A stretch of 64,000 nucleotides of DNA, from positions 28,896 through 92,895 of the forward strand of contig JAZNOO010000002.1 of NCBI GenBank assembly GCA_045580855.1. The letters are read 5' to 3'. Positions 9,847-18,013 of the stretch are shown here, piece by piece. Source of the stretch: Lachnospiraceae bacterium (lineage in GTDB: Bacteria; Bacillota; Clostridia; Lachnospirales; Lachnospiraceae). The stretch's first letter is position 1; each line of letters starts with the position of its first letter. The translations under genes and the position numbers were made by a program. The notes beneath the pieces were generated by a model. That model did no database searches. It worked only from the letters and a program-made list of their open reading frames with translations, and was not told where the DNA came from.

Positions 9847-10014
9847 TTAATTTCCGCCGGGGCCGTCTTTTCTGGGACGGGAAGATTCAGGCAGGGGTTC
9901 AACTTCGTAGTATTTGCTGCAGTCGCAATCTTTCTTGGATTTATCCTTGTCGCAGGAACAGTTATCATAAGAATTGGATACTTTATTGGGGTTGTTCTTT
10001 TTATCTCCGATCAT
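9847..10014 (-). CDS. Small 55-aa Cys/Lys-rich protein ending in RPRKDGPGGN (not in the ORF track)
   Basis: Manual translation MIGDKKNNPNKVSNSYDNCSCDKDKSKKDCDCSKYYEVEPLPESSRPRKDGPGGN*. RBS GAAAGTGAGGTG; convergent terminator just downstream. Confidence 0.72.
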   Translation of the reverse strand: MIGDKKNNPNKVSNSYDNCSCDKDKSKKDCDCSKYYEVEPLPESSRPRKDGPGGN

Positions 10015-10176
10015 AGCGCACCTCACTTTCGTTATTAGGGTGCGCAGGTTTCTATTTTTTATTCTTCCGTATTTTCACGCCATAGAAACTATGTCTCTTT
10101 TCGCGTGCATAAAACAATGTCTCTATAATCCTAATCCGTACAATCAAAAAAATTAAAAAAATTTATAAAATAATGA

Positions 10177-10219
10177 TTGACAGATGATAAAAAATATATT
10201 AGTATTAGTAGCATACTAA
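10177..10219 (+). promoter_or_regulatory. Sigma-A promoter with a palindromic operator over the -10
   Basis: TTGACA-N17-TAGTAT; inverted repeat TTAGTAT-N7-ATACTAA (10199-10219). Confidence 0.5.
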
Positions 10220-10246
10220 AACTTAATTAAAAGGAAAAGTATACCT

Positions 10247-11881
10247 ATGAGCGAATTGAAAGAAAAAAATAGCATAAACGAAAACCAAAATGTACAAAGT
10301 GCAGAAGCAAGGCATTGGTTTACTGACGTAGAGAAATTATTTGCGGTTTTTGCCGCGGTGATTTGCGGATATATTGCGTTGACGATTAAAAATGCAGAGC
10401 CTTTTTTGACCTTTGTATCACGTCATCCATACATAAATGATATGTTGCATGATCATATTTTCCGGGATTATTTGGAAATTGTAAATGAATATGTGCCTAA
10501 GGCTGTGCCCTACCTTTTGCTGGCAGTCATTGTGCTTTTGGTTGCATCTTTTATCATGGATTATGAGAAAAGCGAGCACGGATATGTGCTTCGCATTGCA
10601 GGGATGTTTATGGCGTCGCTGACGGGACTTGGATATATACTTGTGTATGTTGTATTTGGTTTTGCGGAACCGGTGATGAATGCGAAAGTTTACGTCTTTC
10701 TAAGCCTGATAGCGATTGGATTTGTGCTTGCAATCACCAGTTGCATTTGTTGCGGAAAGAAAAAGGCAGGCGCAAGAACCAAAGCCCTGGTGCTTAAGTG
10801 CATTACCGCAGTTTGCGTCTTGGGTTGTTTTGTGGGTGCAGGCGTATATCTTGCAAAAAACTTAGGCGCTGAATACAAAGTTTGCCATGAAGTGAATCAA
10901 TTGTTAAAAGAACATCCTGCCGATATCAATCAGGATATTGCATATCAAATCGGTAATGTGCAAAAAAGAGAAGCAACCTGGCATGATGGGGTGATGTATT
11001 ACACCACCAGAAAAGCAATTTGGAAGATTGACGATTCCGGAACGGTGGAGAAATTATATTCTATGCCGGGTGAAGGTGAATTTTACGCATACGGAATTTA
11101 TTATTACGAAGGTTATCTGTATGTGGGTTGCGCCGGTTACAGTGACGAGGCATCATTTTCTGTTCTGCAGGTATCTGTTGCTGACGGTTTGGCAAAGGAA
11201 GTTTGTTCCCTCACAAGTAACCGAAAATTCTTTGGCGTGGTTGACGGCAAATTGCTGTACACCAAGGCTACGGAAGAGGAATATGTTGCAGATGTTTATT
11301 GTATTGATTTAAAAGGGACCATTGATGAGAAAGAAGCGGTTCTTTACGATAAGGGTGTAAACTCGCTGACCGGGCTTGACCGGGAAGTGTGGCTACAGAA
11401 ATATTTATACGGATATTTAGATGATTATTTTTGGCCGAATGATGATTATCAGTTTATCGGCGAAAACGGATATTACATATATGATTTAAAGTATGATCCG
11501 GATGAACCGCATGACTACGGCGGTGAATATCCCTATTCCTACAATGGAGACTGTACCTTGATATTAGATAAAAGCGACGTCCCGACTGAATATTTGCTGG
11601 AACAGGTTGTGGATTTTAATATTTTTAATGATACGATTTATTACGTACAGGAAGGTAAGACAGGATATGATATTTATTCCTGCGATAAGGACGGCGAAAA
11701 CCAAACCCTGCTTGCGTCCGTGCCGGTAGCATTTGAAGAGTCTGATTATGGGTGCAGTACAAACATGCTTGTGGGCGAAGGATTTATTGTGTGTGAAGTT
11801 TTTGCGAAATATCTGGAGGGTACGTATAGGTATTTTGTTGATATTGAAACCGGCGAAGTGAAAGAAATAGAATTTCCTTAA
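10247..11881 (+). CDS. Membrane protein with ~5 N-terminal TMs and an extracellular beta-propeller-like (DUF5050-like) domain
   Basis: Hydrophobic N-terminal part; blade-like motifs DGVMYY, EGYLYV, DGKLLY, NDTIYY..IYSCDKDGEN. Confidence 0.7.
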   Translation: MSELKEKNSINENQNVQSAEARHWFTDVEKLFAVFAAVICGYIALTIKNAEPFLTFVSRHPYINDMLHDHIFRDYLEIVNEYVPKAVPYLLLAVIVLLVASFIMDYEKSEHGYVLRIAGMFMASLTGLGYILVYVVFGFAEPVMNAKVYVFLSLIAIGFVLAITSCICCGKKKAGARTKALVLKCITAVCVLGCFVGAGVYLAKNLGAEYKVCHEVNQLLKEHPADINQDIAYQIGNVQKREATWHDGVMYYTTRKAIWKIDDSGTVEKLYSMPGEGEFYAYGIYYYEGYLYVGCAGYSDEASFSVLQVSVADGLAKEVCSLTSNRKFFGVVDGKLLYTKATEEEYVADVYCIDLKGTIDEKEAVLYDKGVNSLTGLDREVWLQKYLYGYLDDYFWPNDDYQFIGENGYYIYDLKYDPDEPHDYGGEYPYSYNGDCTLILDKSDVPTEYLLEQVVDFNIFNDTIYYVQEGKTGYDIYSCDKDGENQTLLASVPVAFEESDYGCSTNMLVGEGFIVCEVFAKYLEGTYRYFVDIETGEVKEIEFP

Positions 11882-11946
11882 AAATGAGGAATTTTATATA
11901 AATGTAGCAAGTGAAAAATATTTTAAACAGAAAAAGGAGATAAAAA

Positions 11947-12168
11947 ATGGGTTTATACGAAATTGCAAAAATAGCTGTCGGAGTAATAATTTTTATCATC
12001 GGAGCGCTTATGTTCTTTGCGCCTAAGGTGTGTATGAAGAAAAGCGAACGTGAAATCGAATATGCGGTAAAAGATACCAAAAAGCGCGGTATTGTATTGA
12101 TGGTTATCGGTGCTTTGCTTGCAGTTGTTTTATTGGCATTGCCGTTTGTTGCCGGACTTATGGCATAA
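11947..12168 (+). CDS. Small two-TM hypothetical protein
   Basis: RBS AAGGAG; two hydrophobic helices. Confidence 0.75.
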   Translation: MGLYEIAKIAVGVIIFIIGALMFFAPKVCMKKSEREIEYAVKDTKKRGIVLMVIGALLAVVLLALPFVAGLMA

Positions 12169-12189
12169 GAGTTTTGTGAGGAGAAGGTT

Positions 12190-13077
12190 ATGAATACATA
12201 TGAGTATGATGAAAATTTTCAGGCAGAAGATACGTGGAGCGGTATGAATACCGCGCAGGCTAAGAAGGCACCGAATATTTTTAAGCAGTTGATATATTCT
12301 GTGATGCCGGGGAAATATGGTGAGCTGGCAAATGTTAAGGTAAAAGGTTTTATATTTTATTATCTGTTTTGGTGTTTTGTTATGTGCAGTGTGGCATCTA
12401 TTGCCATGTTGACAATCAGTATAGTAAAGGAGTTTGGAGAAAGACTGGCAAACGGATATGTATTGGTATATGAGAAATTACCAATAGTTATTCTGTTATT
12501 AATCGGAATCAGCATTTTCATAAGTATAATTATGACAATTTTTGCTTCGGTGATTTTTGCAATAAGCTATTGCATTGAAGGATTGCCGACGGCATTGATT
12601 GTTATGGCAATTTCTAAGAAAAAACGTTCCCTGTTTGATTTGTATAAAGCGGCTGTATATTCTCAGACGCCGATGAACATTGCAATGCTTTGTACGCTGG
12701 TTTCACTGGAACTTTTTGATGATTTGAGTTGGCTGAGTTTGCCGATAGGGATTGCAAGGATTGCATCACTTATTATTCTGATTTTTGGTGTCCTTAAATT
12801 GCCCGAGAAACCGCTTATACCGGGTAATAAACAGACCGCAACCGAAAGTAATCAATACAGAACGGAAGGCAGTCAATATGGGCAGGAAGGTAATCAGTAC
12901 AGATCCGAAAGTAGTCAGTACAGCGCGGAAAGGAATCGGTATGAAACCGAAAGAATCAATCAGGTAAGTTCTACACCGAGTAAGCCGAGAGTGACGCCGG
13001 GATACTGGACTTGTACCTGCGGACGTCAGAATCCGTCTTATACGGGAACCTGTACTTGCGGAAAAAGTAAATATTAA
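12190..13077 (+). CDS. Membrane protein (DUF1189-like) with 7-aa repeat linker and C-terminal zinc ribbon
   Basis: About 4-5 TMs; repeats TESNQYR/TEGSQYG/QEGNQYR/SESSQYS/AERNRYE; WTCTCG...CTCG. Confidence 0.7.
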   Translation: MNTYEYDENFQAEDTWSGMNTAQAKKAPNIFKQLIYSVMPGKYGELANVKVKGFIFYYLFWCFVMCSVASIAMLTISIVKEFGERLANGYVLVYEKLPIVILLLIGISIFISIIMTIFASVIFAISYCIEGLPTALIVMAISKKKRSLFDLYKAAVYSQTPMNIAMLCTLVSLELFDDLSWLSLPIGIARIASLIILIFGVLKLPEKPLIPGNKQTATESNQYRTEGSQYGQEGNQYRSESSQYSAERNRYETERINQVSSTPSKPRVTPGYWTCTCGRQNPSYTGTCTCGKSKY

Positions 13078-13110
13078 TTTAAAAGTTTCAAAGATATTAT
13101 ACATATGCAA

Positions 13111-13146
13111 ATAAAAGCGGAAAACATAGATTTTTCGCTTTTATTT
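13111..13146 (+). terminator. Intrinsic terminator
   Basis: ATAAAAGCGGAAA...TTTTCGCTTTTAT. Confidence 0.65.
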
Positions 13147-13195
13147 ACGGACAAAAAGTGCTAAAATAAAACAAAAAATATGGGAGGTTGTTACA

Positions 13196-13549
13196 ATGAA
13201 AACCTATAAATGTGAAGTATGCGGTAACGTGGTTGCCAAAATTGTAGATTCAGGAGTGCCTGTAATGTGCTGCGGCAAGCCTATGGTAGAAACAGACGCT
13301 TATGCAGAAGAAGCCAAAGCTTGTGAAGCAAGCCCTGTTGTTTCCGGTTCAAAAGAGAATTACAAGGTATGTAACTGCAATAATGTAAGTTATTTCGATA
13401 TCTTGGATGAGGTGGAGAAGCACAGTGACTTAAAGCAGCTTCTTGACGTGTTTGAAGAAGTTAAGAATACTACAAAGTGTTCAACCGGCTGCGGTGGCTG
13501 CTATGATAAGGTAATCGGTATTATTTCCGATGCTATGGCAGGCGCATAA
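13196..13549 (+). CDS. Desulforedoxin-like FeCys4 domain fused to a BFD-like [2Fe-2S] domain
   Basis: YKCEVCGN...MCCGKPM (Dfx N-domain); VCNCNNV...CSTGCGGC (BFD). Confidence 0.8.
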   Translation: MKTYKCEVCGNVVAKIVDSGVPVMCCGKPMVETDAYAEEAKACEASPVVSGSKENYKVCNCNNVSYFDILDEVEKHSDLKQLLDVFEEVKNTTKCSTGCGGCYDKVIGIISDAMAGA

Positions 13550-13569
13550 GAATTTTAGTATGAACATAT

Positions 13570-13604
13570 AAAACCCCTTGCGAATGAATTCGTAAGGGGT
13601 TTTC
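13570..13604. terminator. Bidirectional terminator
   Basis: AAAACCCCTTGCGAAT-GA-ATTCGTAAGGGGTTTT. Confidence 0.85.
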
Positions 13605-13610
13605 GTATGC

Positions 13611-13856
13611 TTAGATTGCTTCGTGAAAAGTTCTGTTGATTACGTCTTCCTGCTGTTCCGGAGTTAACTTAACAAAGTTAACAGCGTATCCGGATACTCT
13701 GATGGTAAGCTGGGGATATTTCTCGGGATGCTTCTGGGCATCTCTTAAGGTGTCTTTATCCAAAACGTTTACATTAAGATGGTGTCCGCCTTTGCTGAAA
13801 TATCCATCTAATAAAGTTACGAGATTGTCTACTTGGTTATTGCCGGGTGTTGTCAT
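13611..13856 (-). CDS. grcA: Autonomous glycyl-radical cofactor (GrcA/YfiD-like PFL spare part), minimal 81 aa
   Basis: HLNVNV and [15 protein letters not shown]. 57/74 aa identical (hand count) to the C-terminus of the PflB in this window. RBS AAGGAGG. Confidence 0.9.
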   Translation of the reverse strand: MTTPGNNQVDNLVTLLDGYFSKGGHHLNVNVLDKDTLRDAQKHPEKYPQLTIRVSGYAVNFVKLTPEQQEDVINRTFHEAI

Positions 13857-13912
13857 ATTTATGTACCTCCTTAAATAAATGATAATAGTAACTATTACTG
13901 TTATTTGACTTT

Positions 13913-13941
13913 ATTATAATAACTACGTTGATTTTTTGCAA
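13913..13941 (-). promoter_or_regulatory. Sigma-A promoter of the grcA-like gene
   Basis: TTGCAA-N17-TATAAT on the minus strand; palindrome AATAGT-N-ACTATT in the leader. Confidence 0.7.
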
Positions 13942-13992
13942 TAGTATTTTTAAAAAATTTTATATCAATTTAAAATTTATACTTTTTAAACA

Positions 13993-14033
13993 AAAATATC
14001 GCCCTTAGCGTATAAAGCCTTGGGCGATATTTT
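13993..14033 (-). terminator. Terminator of the GH5 gene
   Basis: AAAATATCGCCC...GGGCGATATTTT. Confidence 0.75.
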
Positions 14034-14056
14034 AAATCTGATATTTCTTAAAAATT

Positions 14057-15064
14057 TTAGAATCCGTAGTCGGAATCGATAATTCCGAAATCTTTTCCTT
14101 TATAGTTCCAAACTGCACGACCGATGCCGTGTTTCTCTAATACAGAGTGGATGTCTGCAAGCCATCTCTTGGTATCATCCTTGGGAGCCAGTTCAATGAC
14201 ACCGTATTCTCCACAGTAGAGAGGAACATTATACTTTTCTGCTGCGGCAATTGCGTCTTCAAAAAGAGTTTCAAAATATTCCGGACCGATGGTAGATAAC
14301 TTTTCGTGGTAAATGGACCCCATCATTTCCTTGGGGAATTTCTCGCTTTTTTTGCGGTACACTTCCAAGGGAGCGGGGTAACTCATTTCGAAATCCGCCG
14401 GCATGCCGGATACCCAGTATGCTTTCTGGTGTGTAAAAATCAAAGGATCATAGCAGTGGAAGTTATAAACGATTTTATCGTCGTAGGGCGCACCTAAAAG
14501 CGCTACACTTCTTACATTGTTGTAATTTACACCGCCAAAAACAATTGAGGTATTAGGCGCAATTGCACGAATGTGTTCAATGGCTTTTCTTGCTACGTTG
14601 TTCCAAGCTTCGTACACTTCGCTTAAAACAACTTCATTTAAAAGTTCGAAAGCAACTCTTTCGTATTCGCTGCCGAAACGTGTTGCGATGTTCTCCCAGA
14701 GCTTGAAGAAGCGTGCCTGCATTGCTTCGTTGTAGAAGAATACTTCGCGGTCCATATCTTTTAAGGGGTCAAAAGAATAGCCATATACTTCGTGAACGTC
14801 GATCAGCATACGAAGGTCGTATTTTTTACACCAGTTAAGGCAATCAACCAAATGCTGATAACCGCTTTCGATGACTTCGCCTTCTTCGGTTTCAAGGACA
14901 TTGTAATCCACCGGAACTCTTACATGGTCAAAGCCCATACCCTTGATTCTTTTAATGTCTTCTTCCTGAATAAAAGTGCTAAAGTGTTCTTCAGAGTACA
15001 CATCAAACTGTGAAATCCATCCGCCTAAGTTAACACCTTTCATAAAACCTTCAAATCTTCTCAT
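14057..15064 (-). CDS. GH5 endoglucanase/cellodextrinase (CelC-like, no signal peptide)
   Basis: GVNLGGWISQ, GFDHVRVPVDY, FELLNE (acid/base), NFHCY, LYCGEYG (nucleophile). Confidence 0.93.
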   Translation of the reverse strand: MRRFEGFMKGVNLGGWISQFDVYSEEHFSTFIQEEDIKRIKGMGFDHVRVPVDYNVLETEEGEVIESGYQHLVDCLNWCKKYDLRMLIDVHEVYGYSFDPLKDMDREVFFYNEAMQARFFKLWENIATRFGSEYERVAFELLNEVVLSEVYEAWNNVARKAIEHIRAIAPNTSIVFGGVNYNNVRSVALLGAPYDDKIVYNFHCYDPLIFTHQKAYWVSGMPADFEMSYPAPLEVYRKKSEKFPKEMMGSIYHEKLSTIGPEYFETLFEDAIAAAEKYNVPLYCGEYGVIELAPKDDTKRWLADIHSVLEKHGIGRAVWNYKGKDFGIIDSDYGF

Positions 15065-15136
15065 AAAATTACCCTCCCATACATTGTTTTTTGCTATTTA
15101 TTGCTGTGTTTTTGCTGTAACCTATGATTTGATGAT

Positions 15137-15194
15137 ATACAAAAACGGCACAATGTGATACAATAAAACGGTCACATATACAATAATTCTGTCA
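15137..15194. promoter_or_regulatory. AraC-type direct-repeat operator array
   Basis: ATACAA at 15137, 15158 and 15178 (21/20-bp period); the first two continue AAACGG(T)CACA. Lies between the divergent GH5 and AraC genes. Confidence 0.6.
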
Positions 15195-15214
15195 AAGTAT
15201 ATGGAGGAAAGAAA

Positions 15215-15970
15215 ATGGATGCCAATTTAGAGCGTAAACAGCTGACAGAACAGCTTTTTATGAATCGTGAATATAATATTTCTCACCCCACATACGATAG
15301 CGAGTTGGAATTTTACAATATGATTTGTGAAGGTGATATTGAAAGGTTGAAAGAACTTAATTTGGAGAATGTGTACTTTGAGCAGGAACGAGGCGTTCTT
15401 TCGAAGAATCCGGTGCGTAATGCGAGATATCATCTTCTTGTTACGGTGACAATGGTAACCAGGTTTTGCATTGAAAAAGGGATGCATGAGCAGAAAGCCT
15501 ACGGAAAGAGTGACGTGTACATCCGTAAGGCGGACGAGGCGGGAACCATTGAAGAAATTAACCGATTGTATTATAAGCTGGTATTTGACTTTGCGGAAGA
15601 AATGGCGGAGATTAAGAAGAGTGAAGCGCTGTCTAAGAGTTTGCGTCTGGCATTGGATTATATTTACGACCATTTAAATGAAAGTCTCGGAGTGCAGGAG
15701 ATTGCGGAATATGCGTGCGTCAGCGAAAGCCAGCTGCGTAGGGATTTCAAGCGCTATCTGGCTACGACGCCTGCGGATTTTGTGCGGGAAAAGAAAGTGG
15801 AGTTTGCCAGGAACAGGCTGGTGTATTCGGATATTTCTTATGTGGATTTGGCCAATGATTTGGGTTTTGCGTCCCACAGTCATTTTATAAAAATATTTAA
15901 AGAGTATACTGGTATGACGCCTATGGAATATCGAAATAAAAAGTTTAGGAAGCATTTTATAGATGGATAG
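15215..15970 (+). CDS. AraC family transcriptional regulator
   Basis: LGFASHSHFIKIFKEYTGMTPMEYR. Confidence 0.93.
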   Translation: MDANLERKQLTEQLFMNREYNISHPTYDSELEFYNMICEGDIERLKELNLENVYFEQERGVLSKNPVRNARYHLLVTVTMVTRFCIEKGMHEQKAYGKSDVYIRKADEAGTIEEINRLYYKLVFDFAEEMAEIKKSEALSKSLRLALDYIYDHLNESLGVQEIAEYACVSESQLRRDFKRYLATTPADFVREKKVEFARNRLVYSDISYVDLANDLGFASHSHFIKIFKEYTGMTPMEYRNKKFRKHFIDG

Positions 15971-16607
15971 TTTATTAATTTCTGCTACAATTGAATATGT
16001 AAAAGAGGTATTCGCTACGGACTTTAGCGGTCACGACTTTTTTCATACCATGCGCGTCTATCAAACGGCGACCAAGATTGCTATGGAAGAGAAGGCTGAT
16101 TTGCAAATTGTACAGCTGGCAGCACTTTTACACGATGTGGACGACAGGAAGTTATCGCCGGAAACCTGCGAGAATAAGGACAGGGCTGTGGCTTATATGA
16201 GGTCAAAGGGACTTTCTGAAGATACGATTACCCGGGTAAAAGATATCATTGGCGAAGTCTCATTCGCGGGAACGGACAGTGTAGTGCCCAAAACTTTAGA
16301 GGGGATGTGTGTGCAGGATGCGGACCGTCTGGATGCGTTGGGCGCTATGGGCATCGCCAGGGCCTTTGCTTACGGCGGGAATCACAACCGCGTGATGTAT
16401 GACCCGGAGATTCCGCCGGCATTAAATATGAGTAAGGAAGAGTATCAGAATCACGTGTCTACCACAGTGAATCATTTTTACGAGAAGCTGTTTCTTCTGA
16501 AAGATATGATGAATACAGAGAGTGCGAAACGTATTGCCGGGCACAGAGAGCAGTATATGAGAGAATATATTGACGAGTTTCTGGCAGAGTGGAACGGAAT
16601 AAAATAA
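15963..16607 (+). CDS. HD-domain phosphohydrolase (YedJ-like)
   Basis: GHDFFH..RV, ALLHDVDD, QDADRLDALGA, HFYEKL. Confidence 0.92.
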   Translation: MDSLLISATIEYVKEVFATDFSGHDFFHTMRVYQTATKIAMEEKADLQIVQLAALLHDVDDRKLSPETCENKDRAVAYMRSKGLSEDTITRVKDIIGEVSFAGTDSVVPKTLEGMCVQDADRLDALGAMGIARAFAYGGNHNRVMYDPEIPPALNMSKEEYQNHVSTTVNHFYEKLFLLKDMMNTESAKRIAGHREQYMREYIDEFLAEWNGIK

Positions 16608-16630
16608 AAGATTATATAAAGAGGTGTCCT

Positions 16631-17122
16631 ATGGTTACTCCCGAGAACGGAAAACGAATTTCTAAAATTGATACATATTTAAATTGCGCGGAGGTGTTTG
16701 CTTACCGAAGTACCTGCATCAAAAGAAAGTACGGTGCGGTAATCGTAAAAGATGACGTGGTAATTTCCACCGGTTATAACGGTGCGCCCAGAGGGTTTGA
16801 TAATTGTTGTGATTTGGGCGAGTGTCCCCGAATGGAGAGGGATATGCATCAGGGAGACGGTTACGGAATCTGTCGTGCGGTACACGCGGAGGCGAATGCG
16901 CTTTTAAACTGTTCAAGGCAACAGACCATCGGTGCGGATTTGTATCTTACCGGTGTAAATCCAAGCGATAATTCCATTCATAAGGCAAAACCCTGTCCTT
17001 TGTGCGCAAGAACCATTATCCAGGCGGGAATCCGCAATGTATATCTGCGCGTGGGTGACGGTGCTGACAATTATGAAGTGAAGGCCGCTACGGACCTTGA
17101 GTGGGTGCAGAGTGCGGAGTAG
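16631..17122 (+). CDS. dCMP deaminase family protein (ComEB-like)
   Basis: STGYNG, HAEANA, PCPLC. Start moved to the ATG after GAGGTG. Confidence 0.9.
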   Translation: MVTPENGKRISKIDTYLNCAEVFAYRSTCIKRKYGAVIVKDDVVISTGYNGAPRGFDNCCDLGECPRMERDMHQGDGYGICRAVHAEANALLNCSRQQTIGADLYLTGVNPSDNSIHKAKPCPLCARTIIQAGIRNVYLRVGDGADNYEVKAATDLEWVQSAE

Positions 17123-17248
17123 AAACTGCTGAGGTACAAGAGCCGAGACAAAACGCCGGTATGCGTTTGGATGGGATTGCGTATCCGATGGATTGTCGAA
17201 ATTTGTCGATGAAATATAATTGAAAAAGCAGAATAGAGAATGATATTA

Positions 17249-17279
17249 TAAAAGCACGTAAATCTATGCGTGCTTTTAC
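17249..17279. terminator. Intrinsic terminator (bidirectional)
   Basis: TAAAAGCACGTA-AATC-TATGCGTGCTTTTA. Confidence 0.7.
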
Positions 17280-17400
17280 TATTGTGGCGGAAGTTTTTCG
17301 AACGCTTCCGACTATAAGATTTTCTGATTTTCGAGGGCGTTCGCCCGGAATTTTTCATTTTTACATTGATTAATATAGTGCTAACCGAGAGGAGGGTTTC

Positions 17401-17883
17401 ATGTTTTTAAGTGAAGAACAATACTTACATGCGAAAGATTTATTTGAACAGAAAACGGAACCGTCGCCGCTGCTTGCGGATTTGTCTTCCTGGGCAATTG
17501 AAAAATACGGAATAGAAGTGATTGATTATATATGTGATGAACGGTGGGACGGGAAATTGCGGATGATGCCGGTGTTGTGGGAGGATGAAGAGGTAGATAT
17601 GTTTCGCAGATTCAGAAATTATAATCCGAAGATACAGAAGGCATTTGCTTTTAAATTTGCGAAGCTTTGCAGGAAATATAAGCAGCACGCCGGTTTCACC
17701 AAACCCACGGAAGTATTTGTGGCCTATGAGACATTGAAAGAAGAATTTGAGAAGCGTAATATTGTGATTAACAGGGTAATTAAGTCTTGCGAACCGGAAA
17801 AAGGAGAAGATGAAGAGGCAATGGAAGAAACTCCGGAAGAAGCTCCGGAAGAAGCATTACGGGAGTTGCCGCAGAAGGCTTAA
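17401..17883 (+). CDS. Hypothetical protein with acidic tail
   Basis: RBS GAGGAGG; no recognised domain. Confidence 0.7.
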   Translation: MFLSEEQYLHAKDLFEQKTEPSPLLADLSSWAIEKYGIEVIDYICDERWDGKLRMMPVLWEDEEVDMFRRFRNYNPKIQKAFAFKFAKLCRKYKQHAGFTKPTEVFVAYETLKEEFEKRNIVINRVIKSCEPEKGEDEEAMEETPEEAPEEALRELPQKA

Positions 17884-17918
17884 AATGCAAACAATTCCTT
17901 TTATTTTTATGGGTTCAA

Positions 17919-17927
17919 TGTTATAAT
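17919..17927 (+). promoter_or_regulatory. Extended -10 promoter
   Basis: TGtTATAAT upstream of a structured leader. Confidence 0.55.
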
Positions 17928-18013
17928 GGGCAGGTACGGCAAGCGAGGATTGCTTATAGTTAATCTGCCTAAGGCCGGACGAAAATATGAAAACATATGA
18001 GAAGAGGTATTTT

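Noticed and set aside
9684-10156. ORF-track calls 9684-9968, 9778-10038, 9795-10016 and 9974-10156
   Set aside because: They lack an RBS and mostly run through the terminator; the 55-aa minus-strand ORF explains the region better.
15963-17122. HD hydrolase + deaminase as a nucleotide-depletion defence system
   Set aside because: Both are short housekeeping-type proteins (YedJ-like, ComEB-like), without the kinase fusion or size of defence enzymes.
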